Positions 9,604 to 18,508 of a stretch of 51,750 bases of DNA are shown in pieces. Source of the stretch: Nitrosomonadaceae bacterium (GTDB lineage: Bacteria > Pseudomonadota > Gammaproteobacteria > Burkholderiales > Usitatibacteraceae); contig JAJTHU010000035.1 in assembly GCA_021300055.1 (NCBI GenBank), positions 1-51,750 on the forward strand, read 5' to 3'. The notes beneath the pieces were generated by a model. The model was not told where the DNA came from, did no database searches, and was given only the letters and a program-made list of their open reading frames with translations. Numbering within the stretch: position 1 is the stretch's first letter; each line of letters starts with the position of its first letter. The position numbers and the translations under genes are program-made.

Positions 9604-11109
9604 TCAATCCTCGACAAACGCCTCTTCGCGCTTCTTGCGAATCGCGGGCAACATGATGATGACCAGCAGCAGCAGCGCGATCCCAAGCAGTGTCGCTGAC
9701 AACGGGCGATTGATGAACGTCATCGGATCGCCACGTGACAGCAGCATTGCGCGACGGAGATTCTCTTCCATCATCGGCCCAAGGATGAAGCCGAGCAGCA
9801 GCGGCGCGGGTTCGCACTCAAGCTTGATGAAGATGTAGCCGATCATGCCAAACGCCGCTGTAACAACAACATCGAACGGGCTATTCGACAGAGAGTACAC
9901 ACCGATACAGCAGAACACCAAGATGGCGGGGTATAGCAAGCGATATGGAACCGTCAACAATTTGATCCACATACCAATGAGCGGCAAGTTGAGGATGACG
10001 AGCATCAAGTTGCCGATCCACATCGAAACGATCATGCCCCAGAACAATCCGGGCTTGTCGGTCATCACTTGCGGTCCCGGCTGAATTCCCTGGATGATCA
10101 TCGCCCCGACCATCAGTGCCATCACCGGGTTGGGCGGGATACCGAGCGTCAGCAGAGGAATAAACGATGTCTGCGCTGCGGCGTTGTTTGCCGATTCGGG
10201 CGCAGCCACACCACGGATATCACCCTTGCCGAACTGCGATGCGTCCTTAGCAATTTTCTTCTCTAGCGTATACGCAGAAAACGAACCCAGAACCGCGCCA
10301 CCGCCAGGAAGGATGCCCAACAACGAACCTAGGGCCGTACCGCGCAACACTGCAGGCGCTGCGTCCTTGATATCTTGTTTGGTTGGCAGCAGGTTCTTGA
10401 CCTTGTTGACGAATATTTCGCGCTCCTCGCCTTGCTCAAGATTCTTGATGATCTCTGCAAAACCAAACACCCCCATGGCCACCGCGACGAACCCGATCCC
10501 GTCCGACAGCTCCGGAATTGAGAAATTGAAACGCGCCATGCCCGAGTTGACGTCCGTGCCGACAAGACCCAACAGCAAACCGAGCAGGATCATGCCGATT
10601 GCCTTGATGACCGAGCCGTGCGCAAGAACAACTGCGGCAATCAGACCAAGTGTCATTAGCGAAAAATATTCGGCCGGGCCGAATTTGAATGCGATCTGAG
10701 CGAGCGGCGGCGCCGCGACGGCGAGCAAAACGGTAGCGACTGTGCCTGCAAAAAACGACCCCAGAGCCGCGATGCCAAGCGCGGCCCCAGCACGCCCTTT
10801 GCGCGCCATTTGGTAGCCATCTAGGGCGGTTACAACACTCGACGATTCGCCAGGCAGATTGACGAGAATCGCGGTGGTCGAGCCCCCGTACTGCGCGCCG
10901 TAATAGATGCCCGCCAGCATAATGAGCGCCAACTCAGGCTTGAGCGTGAACGTGGCAGGCAACAGCATCGCAATAGTTGCCACCGGGCCGATGCCCGGAA
11001 GAACGCCGATAAGCGTGCCTAGCAAGCATCCGAGCAAACAATAGAAAAGTGCTTCAGGCGTGAACGCAACCGAAAGACCTAACGAGAGATTCGCGATCAG
11101 TGATTCCAT
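9604..11109 (-). CDS. tctA: tripartite tricarboxylate transporter permease TctA
   Basis: 501 aa polytopic membrane protein. Typical TctA motifs: GVLPGIGP, GAQYGGSTTAILVNLPGE, GILPGGG. Confidence 0.9.
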   Translation of the reverse strand: MESLIANLSLGLSVAFTPEALFYCLLGCLLGTLIGVLPGIGPVATIAMLLPATFTLKPELALIMLAGIYYGAQYGGSTTAILVNLPGESSSVVTALDGYQMARKGRAGAALGIAALGSFFAGTVATVLLAVAAPPLAQIAFKFGPAEYFSLMTLGLIAAVVLAHGSVIKAIGMILLGLLLGLVGTDVNSGMARFNFSIPELSDGIGFVAVAMGVFGFAEIIKNLEQGEEREIFVNKVKNLLPTKQDIKDAAPAVLRGTALGSLLGILPGGGAVLGSFSAYTLEKKIAKDASQFGKGDIRGVAAPESANNAAAQTSFIPLLTLGIPPNPVMALMVGAMIIQGIQPGPQVMTDKPGLFWGMIVSMWIGNLMLVILNLPLIGMWIKLLTVPYRLLYPAILVFCCIGVYSLSNSPFDVVVTAAFGMIGYIFIKLECEPAPLLLGFILGPMMEENLRRAMLLSRGDPMTFINRPLSATLLGIALLLLVIIMLPAIRKKREEAFVED

Positions 11110-11119
11110 GTCTCCCCCA

Positions 11120-11578
11120 TTAGCCGATGAATGCAGGCCAGATCGGGAACGGCAACTTCAAGCCATACACGAACACTGCGACCGAACCAACCGCTAGGAT
11201 CACGCCAGCGATCAACTGCTCTTTAAGCTTGAACTCGTGTCCGCCAAACGAAGAGAGGAGCACCAACACGATGATGGCGAGCGCAAGACCGATGTGCTTT
11301 ACCGTAAGCCCAAATACGATCACCGCACCCAGAATCCAAAAAATTGGCTTCCAAGCAAACTTGCTGACGGGGCCCCCGTCAGACAGAAACGACTTCACGC
11401 AGATGAAAACACCGAGCGCGCCCAGCACCAACCCGAGGTAGTACGGGAAGAAGCCGGGGCCCATGCGCCGACTATCTCCCATCGGATATTCGAAGTGCTT
11501 AACCACGTAGGCGAATGCAAACCCGATTAGGGCAAACATGACGCCAGCCCAAAAGTCTTTGGGATTGCGCAACCGCAT
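11120..11578 (-). CDS. tctB: tripartite tricarboxylate transporter small subunit TctB
   Basis: 152 aa with 4 predicted TM helices, immediately upstream of tctA (10-bp gap). The PGFFPYYLG motif is typical of TctB. Confidence 0.75.
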   Translation of the reverse strand: MRLRNPKDFWAGVMFALIGFAFAYVVKHFEYPMGDSRRMGPGFFPYYLGLVLGALGVFICVKSFLSDGGPVSKFAWKPIFWILGAVIVFGLTVKHIGLALAIIVLVLLSSFGGHEFKLKEQLIAGVILAVGSVAVFVYGLKLPFPIWPAFIG

Positions 11579-11793
11579 GAGTTCTCCTCCATCTGTGCGT
11601 AGGGCCGTGCAGCCTTGGGTCTGTCACGACGTGGGTACCACGGCGCGTGCAAGGTCTGCGAGGATCGCGCAGACTGCCGCTTTGTTATGAGGCCGATTGT
11701 ACCCGCAGTTGAGTTTGCTTCGCCAGTCTGACGTTCGGCTGACCACATGCTCAGATGCGCTCCCGCCGTGCGCGCCACGCATAATGCACCGCA

Positions 11794-12687
11794 ATGAGTC
11801 ATTCGAATAACACCGTCTCGCTTCGCGATGCGCCCGCGTGGCTATCGATCGCACCGGCCGCGTTTGTCTTCTTGTGGAGTACGGGGTTCGTCGGGATGCG
11901 CTTCGGGACCCCATTTGCCGAGCCTTTTACGTTCATGGCTTGGCGTATGTTGCTCGTCGTGGCGTTACTCGGCACTGCGGCCATTGTTTTTCGTGCGCCC
12001 TGGCCCAAGGGCACGAACATACTGCACTGCATCATTGCGGGTCTACTGGTGCACGCCTGCTACCTCTCGGGCGTGCTGTATGCAATTCGTCTCGGCATGC
12101 CGTTGGGTTACGTTGCACTCATCGCCGGATTGCAACCGATACTCACCGCAGTCATTGGCGGGGTCTGGTTGGTAGAGCGTCTCACACCACGCCAGTGGCT
12201 CGGTATGGGGCTTGGCATTGCGGGCGTCATCTTGGTGGTGACGAGCAAGCATATCGGTGGCAGCGTCTCATTTGCAGCGCTTGCGTGTGCCGCCGTTGGC
12301 TTGCTCGGCATCACGTTCGGCACGCTTTACCAAAAGCGCTTCTGCACCGACATCGACTTGCGCACCGGCGGCGTGTGGCAGTTCAGCGCCACGGGCATCG
12401 CCCTCACCCTACTTGCCTTTGCGTTTGAGTCTCGAGAGGTGTCTTGGACCCCGCAATTCATCGGCGCGCTACTGTGGTTAGTGGTTGCGCTGTCCATCGG
12501 CGCGATCTCCCTCTTGTACGTGATGATTCGACACGGCCAGACCGCGAGTGTGACCAGCCTGTTCTTCTTGACACCTGCTGTGACGGCCGTGATGGCTTGG
12601 CTGCTTTTTAGCGAGGCCCTTCCGTTGCTCGCCATCGTAGGTCTGGCAGCCTCGGGGGCTGGTGTCTATTTGGTCATGAAAAAGTAA
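11794..12687 (+). CDS. DMT-superfamily transporter (EamA/RhaT-like, 10 TM)
   Basis: 297 aa made of two EamA-like halves, hydrophobic throughout. Confidence 0.85.
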   Translation: MSHSNNTVSLRDAPAWLSIAPAAFVFLWSTGFVGMRFGTPFAEPFTFMAWRMLLVVALLGTAAIVFRAPWPKGTNILHCIIAGLLVHACYLSGVLYAIRLGMPLGYVALIAGLQPILTAVIGGVWLVERLTPRQWLGMGLGIAGVILVVTSKHIGGSVSFAALACAAVGLLGITFGTLYQKRFCTDIDLRTGGVWQFSATGIALTLLAFAFESREVSWTPQFIGALLWLVVALSIGAISLLYVMIRHGQTASVTSLFFLTPAVTAVMAWLLFSEALPLLAIVGLAASGAGVYLVMKK

Positions 12688-12696
12688 ACTGCCCAT

Positions 12697-12742
12697 TTGA
12701 CGAGCTGTTTCGAGCACTTTTGCCCGAAAACGCCCGTCAATG
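12697..12742 (+). repeat. Intergenic hairpin repeat, copy 2
   Basis: TTGACGAGCTGTTTCG (12697-12712) forms an imperfect inverted repeat with CGAAAACGCCCGTCAA (12725-12740). The flanks TTTTGCC and GTCAATG are shared with copy 1. Confidence 0.55.
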
Positions 12743-12922
12743 CTTGTGTTTGTACTTGGTTACTTGCTGTTTGCTCGGCGTGTGCAGCGGGCGGACTGCT
12801 AGAATCCGAGCCATCGCGCACTGCGTTGCTGGTGCACTAGGGCGCGCAGATCGCACAGCCACCAAACATACCCCTTGGCTGGGCGGTGCTCTTTCGACCC
12901 ACGTTTTGATTCTGAGGTCACC

Positions 12923-13462
12923 ATGCGAACCGCTGAGCAACTTCTCGTCCAATACGCCGCCTACCACCGCGATCGTCGCAACATCGCGACGCACTTTGTT
13001 GGCGTCCCGGTCATTGTGTTCTCTGTGGTGCTTGCCCTCGCACAAATTTCACTGGGCGCGGTGCACCTCGCTTGGGTCGGCATCGCGCTTGCTTCCGCTT
13101 GGTACATTTACCTCGATCGCACGCTCGGCGTTTGGATGTTGGCGTTCCTCGCATTGTGCGGCGCCGTCGCCTCCATCATCAGTGCAAAGACGGGCGTTGG
13201 ACTGGCACTTGTTATTGCGCTTGCGCTTTTCGTCGTCGGCTGGATCGCACAGTTCATCGGTCACAAGTACGAAGGAATGAAGCCTGCGTTTGTTGATGAC
13301 CTGATCGGCCTACTCGTTGGCCCCTTGTTTGTCACGTCGGAGGTGCTGTTCATACTCGGCATGAAACGTGAATTACAGCAGGCGATTGAGGCGCGGGTCG
13401 GCCCCACGATGGCTGCACGAGATGGCAAGCCCATCGGCCCGGCGTCATCCATGCACGCCTAA
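12923..13462 (+). CDS. DUF962 / Mpo1-like membrane protein
   Basis: MRTAEQLLVQYAAYHRDRRNIATHFVGVPVIVFS... and GWIAQFIGHKYEGMKPAF match the YGL010w/DUF962 family. GAGGT RBS lies 5 nt upstream of ATG 12923; the ORF-track start at 12875 is less likely. Confidence 0.7.
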   Translation: MRTAEQLLVQYAAYHRDRRNIATHFVGVPVIVFSVVLALAQISLGAVHLAWVGIALASAWYIYLDRTLGVWMLAFLALCGAVASIISAKTGVGLALVIALALFVVGWIAQFIGHKYEGMKPAFVDDLIGLLVGPLFVTSEVLFILGMKRELQQAIEARVGPTMAARDGKPIGPASSMHA

Positions 13463-13498
13463 ACCATTCGCCGCCTCCTGCCTTCAAAGGGCTCTAGC

Positions 13499-14473
13499 AT
13501 GCCTAATCGCCCCACACTTGCTTCTCGCCCATCCGAAAATGAGGCTCAGAGTTCCGAATCAGAGTTGGGCATCTACGAAGTCGCGCGTCGCGAGCTCACT
13601 ACCGTTCGCGACTTACTGCGGTTCGCGGTCAGCCAGTTCACGGAGCAAAAGCTCTTCTTCGGGCACGGCTCAGCAACAGCGTTTGACGAAGCGGTCTACC
13701 TTGTCCTGCACACGCTGCACTTGCCGCTGGACCAACTCGAGCCATTCTTGGATGCGCGCCTCACCTCTGCTGAGCGCGATGCCGTACTCGGGATCATCGA
13801 ACGACGAGTGCGCGAACGCGTTCCCGCCGCGTATCTCACGCACGAGGCGTGGCTAGGCGATTACAAGTTCTATGTCGACAAACGTGTCATCGTGCCCCGC
13901 AGCTTCATCGCGGAGTTACTACGAGATGATCTAGCGCCTTGGGTTGAGAACCCGCGCGCAGTCGGTCGCGTGCTCGACTTGTGTACTGGTTCGGGGTGCC
14001 TAGCTATCCTAGCAGCGCTCTCGTTTCCCCACGCAACGGTCGATGCTGTCGATGTATCTCTCGATGCGCTAGAAGTCGCCAAGAAAAACGTACGCGACTA
14101 TGGCCTCGAGAACCGCATCAATCTTGTCGCTTCAGATCTGTACGAATCGCTCGGTGCCAAGCACTACGACATCATTCTGACCAACCCCCCTTACGTCACT
14201 GGCGAGTCGATGGCGCGCTTGCCCGAGGAGTACCGGCGAGAGCCTGAGATTGCACTCGCGTCAGGCGAAGATGGCCTCGATCACATACGCACCATCATGG
14301 AATTCGCCACGCGGCACTTGTATGCCAACGGCATTATCGTCGTCGAGGTTGGCTTTAATCGAGAGGGTGTCGAACAGGCATTCCCCAAGATTCCACTCAC
14401 GTGGGCAGAAACGAGTGTCGGCGACGAGGTGGTGTTTATTGTCGACCGCGAAACACTGGTCGCTAATCAGTAG
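13499..14473 (+). CDS. prmB: 50S ribosomal protein L3 N5-glutamine methyltransferase
   Basis: SAM-binding site VLDLCTGSGCLA and catalytic TNPPYV. About 320 aa with the PrmB-type N-terminal domain. Confidence 0.85.
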   Translation: MPNRPTLASRPSENEAQSSESELGIYEVARRELTTVRDLLRFAVSQFTEQKLFFGHGSATAFDEAVYLVLHTLHLPLDQLEPFLDARLTSAERDAVLGIIERRVRERVPAAYLTHEAWLGDYKFYVDKRVIVPRSFIAELLRDDLAPWVENPRAVGRVLDLCTGSGCLAILAALSFPHATVDAVDVSLDALEVAKKNVRDYGLENRINLVASDLYESLGAKHYDIILTNPPYVTGESMARLPEEYRREPEIALASGEDGLDHIRTIMEFATRHLYANGIIVVEVGFNREGVEQAFPKIPLTWAETSVGDEVVFIVDRETLVANQ

Positions 14474-14498
14474 CTGCTGCGACCCCGGCTAGCGCACG

Positions 14499-16664
14499 CT
14501 AGCGATTGCCGATGTTGTCGTCGTCAAAATCCGGTGGCCGCACACCCGCGGTGTTACCACGCTCTTTGTTTTCAGCGCGCTCTTTGCTGTCAGCCCGCTC
14601 ACCGCGATTGCCGCGATTCGATTCGTTTCCTTGCGCTGCATCTGGTGTAGATGCACCCTCCGCACGCCCACTGCGTCCGCGACGGCGGCGCGAGCGCTTT
14701 GACCGCTGAGTGTTGGATCCGCTTGGGCCATTTGTGCCTTGCGCGTCAGAGTCAGCGCGAGCTGCAACGGGTGCGCCGTCGGTTGTACTCGCACCCCCGG
14801 CTCTCGCAATTGCGTTCGATGCGCTTGATGCACCGTCACGATCCGCGCGGCCTTTGCCGCGCTTGAATCGGCGATTGCGACTCCGCCGCGGCGCATTCTG
14901 GCCGTCCTCGCTTGTGCCTGGGGCGCGCATCACTCCGTCGGGCGATAGCGAAGCGTCCTCTTGGCTCTCGCCAGCAACGGGGGCAATGCCTGCACGCAAA
15001 TCACCAGCCCCATGTTTGCTGCGCCCTTTGCGGCCGCGACGTCGCCGGTCGTTGCGACCTTCCGAGCTGCTGCCTTCGAGCCGAGGTTGCGCGGCGCCGA
15101 GCTCATCGACCGCAGCCACCGCGTCCGGATAACCATCATCCGCGAGCGGATCAAAGTCACGCCCAGGAGCAGCTTGTCGTGGGTGCGGCGCAGATGGCGC
15201 TGCGGCGAGCGTCGGCAGTTGCCCGATACGTCCTTCGACTTCCATTCCTACCCACTTGAGTACCGCACGTACCTGCGAAGGGTCGAGTTCCATCATGCGG
15301 CCGCGGGTAAGGCGCGGCGGCAAACCGATCTTGCCGAAACGTACGCGCATGAGTCGCGACACCGTGAGTCCCACGGCCTCGAACATCTTGCGCACTTCGC
15401 GGTTGCGCCCCTCGCGGAGCACCACGTGGTACCACTGGTTCACACCCTCACCACCGCGCTTTTCGATGCGATCAAACTTTGCGGGCCGCTCATCTGCAGC
15501 TGGATCAATCACATCATCCGTGTCGTCAGCATCTTCATCGTCTTCATCGCGCGGTTCAGCGGCAATGCTGACACCGTCCAGCAAACGCTGTGTTTGCTCT
15601 TCGGTGAGTTCACCTAGCAATCGCACCGCATACTCACGTTCAACTTCATAGCGTGGATGCATCAGCCGATTAGCGAGCTCGCCGCTGGTCGTGAAGATCA
15701 GCAGGCCCGAGGTATTGATGTCGAGCCGACCGACGGACATCCACTTGCCGGTCTCGACGCGCGGTAGGTTGTCGAATACCGTCACCCGATTGCCAGGATC
15801 GCTGGTGGTGACAATCTCGCCCTCTGGCTTGTGATAGAGAAGCACACGCGGCAACTCTTCGCCGAATTTAAGTTTTACCGGGCGATGATCAATCATCACC
15901 GCGTCAGCTGGCGAGACACTCGTGCCCGTCGTCGCGACGATGCCGTTCACCATGACGCGGCCCGATTGAATCAAAATCTCCATGTCACGGCGCGAGCCGT
16001 GTCCCGATTGCGCGAGCACCTTGTGCAAGCGCTCGCGCTTGACCTTCGCTTCATTGGCGAGGGCCTCTGCAAACTGCCCGGACTTGGTCTCGTCCCCCCA
16101 GCGACGCAACTCGGCAACCTCAGAGATCAAGGCGGGACGCGCCGCCCCACCGCGCACCGTCGCCGGCGCGGGCGCCTTGCGGAACGGTGTGTTCTTTCCC
16201 CCACGGTTGCGGCGCGCCTTCTTCGCGTGCCCTGTATTGCCCAAGTCGCTGCGATTACCGTCACCAACAGGTCCGGCAAAGCCAGGTAAGGTGTTACCAA
16301 CAGACTCGGGATTGCTTATAGCTGGCCTGCCCCGCGCGCCGCCACGCCCGCGCTTGCCTGCTGCGCCCGGACCACCAACACGGTTGCCCGCATTTTCGCC
16401 AGCTGCGCCGCGGCGTCCGCGACCAGCGCCTTCGACGCGATTGCCTCGTTCTGCGCGTGGTCCTGCTTTACCACGACGTGGGTTGGCTCGACCGCGCTTG
16501 TTGCCGTCCAAGACCGCACCATCCTTGGCTGTCCGACTACGCCCTCGTTTCTTTTTGCCACGGCCCGAAGGGTCGATCGCCTCGATGACCTCTTTTTCCT
16601 CACCAATGTAGCGACCATCGACATAGCCGCGCGCGGCAACGCGAATGACGACTTTCTTACTCAT
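14499..16664 (-). CDS. rluB: 23S rRNA pseudouridine synthase RluB with long Arg/Gly-rich N- and C-terminal extensions (721 aa)
   Basis: S4 domain ERLHKVLAQSGHGSRRDMEILIQSGRVMVNG and RsuA/RluB catalytic motif VGRLDINTSGLLIFT. The ATG overlaps the scpB stop (ATGA at 16661-16664). Confidence 0.85.
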   Translation of the reverse strand: MSKKVVIRVAARGYVDGRYIGEEKEVIEAIDPSGRGKKKRGRSRTAKDGAVLDGNKRGRANPRRGKAGPRAERGNRVEGAGRGRRGAAGENAGNRVGGPGAAGKRGRGGARGRPAISNPESVGNTLPGFAGPVGDGNRSDLGNTGHAKKARRNRGGKNTPFRKAPAPATVRGGAARPALISEVAELRRWGDETKSGQFAEALANEAKVKRERLHKVLAQSGHGSRRDMEILIQSGRVMVNGIVATTGTSVSPADAVMIDHRPVKLKFGEELPRVLLYHKPEGEIVTTSDPGNRVTVFDNLPRVETGKWMSVGRLDINTSGLLIFTTSGELANRLMHPRYEVEREYAVRLLGELTEEQTQRLLDGVSIAAEPRDEDDEDADDTDDVIDPAADERPAKFDRIEKRGGEGVNQWYHVVLREGRNREVRKMFEAVGLTVSRLMRVRFGKIGLPPRLTRGRMMELDPSQVRAVLKWVGMEVEGRIGQLPTLAAAPSAPHPRQAAPGRDFDPLADDGYPDAVAAVDELGAAQPRLEGSSSEGRNDRRRRGRKGRSKHGAGDLRAGIAPVAGESQEDASLSPDGVMRAPGTSEDGQNAPRRSRNRRFKRGKGRADRDGASSASNAIARAGGASTTDGAPVAARADSDAQGTNGPSGSNTQRSKRSRRRRGRSGRAEGASTPDAAQGNESNRGNRGERADSKERAENKERGNTAGVRPPDFDDDNIGNR

Positions 16665-17512
16665 GGTGAGGTTCCGCCAGGCGTTTCGTTGGACGATGCA
16701 GCGTCGGTCGACTCATCATGGGTAGCTGAATCGCCCGCGTCTGATCCGGAGGATTCCGCCACACTTTCGATGCCAGGGTCAGCGGCATCGCTCGACACCT
16801 CTAGACCCGGCAAGTCAGGTGACTCGCTGAGTCGTAAGGCGGCACCGGCTTGAGTCATGTCTAGCGTTGCTTGTAGCTCGTGGAGAGGTGGCAACTCATC
16901 TAACGAACGTAGATTTAGGTCGTCCAAGAAGTGTTTGGTTGTCGCAAATAAAGCTGGGCGGCCGACCGTTTCGCGGTGACCAATTTCGTCAATCCAACCT
17001 CGATCCTCAAGCGTCTTGAGGATGTGCGGGCTCACGGCTACGCCACGAATGTCTTCGATGTCTGCGCGTGTAACTGGCTGACGATAGGCGATGATGGCGA
17101 GCGTTTCGAGCACCGCGCGTGAATACTTCAGCGGCTTGTCGTTGCTCAGGCGGTCAAGATACTTTTGGTACTCTGGCCGAACGCGAAAACGATATCCGCC
17201 TGCGACCACGGCAAGCTCGACACTTCGCGATGCCCACTCGCCGCGTAATTCTTCTAGGAGAGTTCTGATTAGGTCAGCGTTGATCTGCCCCTCGAACAAG
17301 CGCCGCAATTCGTTAACCTGCATCGGCTCTGACGCGGCCATCAACGCGGCCTCGAGCGCGCGCTTGATCTCGTTAGCATCGATCGGTGTGTCGAAGGCCT
17401 GCGCCTCGGCGCTCACGTCGGACGACCCAAGCTCGGCGAGTGGCATTGCGTCGGCGCTCGGACCGTCGGTGGGCGACTCAAGATCAGCGGTGGCAGGTTC
17501 GGTGTGCATCAT
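16661..17512 (-). CDS. scpB: SMC-Scp complex subunit ScpB
   Basis: Winged-helix repeats (ALEAALMAASEPMQVNEL..., LETLAIIAYRQPVTRADIEDIRGV). Position after scpA supports the call. Acidic/Ser-rich C-terminal tail. Confidence 0.85.
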   Translation of the reverse strand: MMHTEPATADLESPTDGPSADAMPLAELGSSDVSAEAQAFDTPIDANEIKRALEAALMAASEPMQVNELRRLFEGQINADLIRTLLEELRGEWASRSVELAVVAGGYRFRVRPEYQKYLDRLSNDKPLKYSRAVLETLAIIAYRQPVTRADIEDIRGVAVSPHILKTLEDRGWIDEIGHRETVGRPALFATTKHFLDDLNLRSLDELPPLHELQATLDMTQAGAALRLSESPDLPGLEVSSDAADPGIESVAESSGSDAGDSATHDESTDAASSNETPGGTSP

Positions 17513-17580
17513 TAAGAACTCTCAACAAAAATCTGTTCATTCATTGGGCGACGCTGTGCGCGCGGCGTCGCGGCAACGCA

Positions 17581-18462
17581 TCAGGTCGGCTCAAGCGGTG
17601 GCATCTCGGCGCGGCGCATACGCACATAGATTGGCTCGAGCGGGGCAGTCTGCGTGATCTCAATAAGCGACTCACGCGCAAGCTCTAGGACCGCGAGAAA
17701 ACTCACGACCACGACTGCCACGCCTTCTTCAGGCTGAAACAGCTGGTCGAATGGAACAAAGTCCTGCCCGCCCTCAGCGTTTAGCGATGCGCCAAGGACA
17801 CGCAGAATCCGGCTCATGTGCGAGCGTACCGATAACTCTTCGCGCGAAACGCGGTGTTTCTGCGTCGCCCTAGCCCGCGCCAAAATGGTACGCCATGCGT
17901 CCGTGAGTTCGCTCGGCAACACTGTTGGGACACGCTTGACCAAGCTCTGCTCGACCAACACATCGACGACTGAAAAGTCGCGCCCTTTGCGCGGCATCGA
18001 GTCGATCGCGTGTGCAGCGGCTTTCATCTGCTCGTACTCCAGTAGACGGCGCACGAGTTCCGCACGTGGGTCTTCCGGCTCCGCCTCCTCCTCGCGTGGC
18101 GGGCGAGGCAACAACATCCGGGACTTGATCTCGATGAGCAACGCTGCCATCAGCAGGTACTCGGCTGCGAGTTCAAGCTGACCATCGCGCATTGCCTCAA
18201 TGTAGGTGAGGTACTGCCGCGTCAAATCCGCCATCGGGATATCGAGGATATCCAACGAATGCTTGCGAATGAGATAGAGAAGGAGATCTAGCGGCCCCTC
18301 AAACTGCTCAAGCACGACCGAAAGCGCATCGGGCGGGATAAACAAGTCGTTGGGAAGCTCAGTGATGACTTCACCACGAATCTTCGCAACGGGCATCTCC
18401 ATACCAAGCGACGGCTGCGGCACGTCCTGCCTGTCGTTGTCTACGACCAACTCGACGCTCAT
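17581..18462 (-). CDS. scpA: segregation and condensation protein A (kleisin) ScpA
   Basis: FEGPLDLLLYLIRKHSLDILDIPMADLTRQYLTYI is the canonical ScpA N-terminus. Confidence 0.85.
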   Translation of the reverse strand: MSVELVVDNDRQDVPQPSLGMEMPVAKIRGEVITELPNDLFIPPDALSVVLEQFEGPLDLLLYLIRKHSLDILDIPMADLTRQYLTYIEAMRDGQLELAAEYLLMAALLIEIKSRMLLPRPPREEEAEPEDPRAELVRRLLEYEQMKAAAHAIDSMPRKGRDFSVVDVLVEQSLVKRVPTVLPSELTDAWRTILARARATQKHRVSREELSVRSHMSRILRVLGASLNAEGGQDFVPFDQLFQPEEGVAVVVVSFLAVLELARESLIEITQTAPLEPIYVRMRRAEMPPLEPT

Positions 18463-18508
18463 CGGCGCGTCGCTCCGTTAACAGATGAATGAATCGCGCG
18501 CGACATCA

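Noticed and set aside
14474-14498. The GCTAGCG-CA-CGCTAGC palindrome between the convergent prmB and rluB stops, considered as a terminator
   Set aside because: The stem is only 7 bp with a 2-nt centre, it has no U-tract on either strand, and it overlaps the rluB stop codon. This is too weak to call.
14506-16611. Multiple + strand ORFs (e.g. 14961-15617, 15982-16611) opposite rluB
   Set aside because: The Arg/Gly-rich coding strand generates Pro/Ala/Ser/Arg-rich open frames on the complement. None has motifs or independent start signals.
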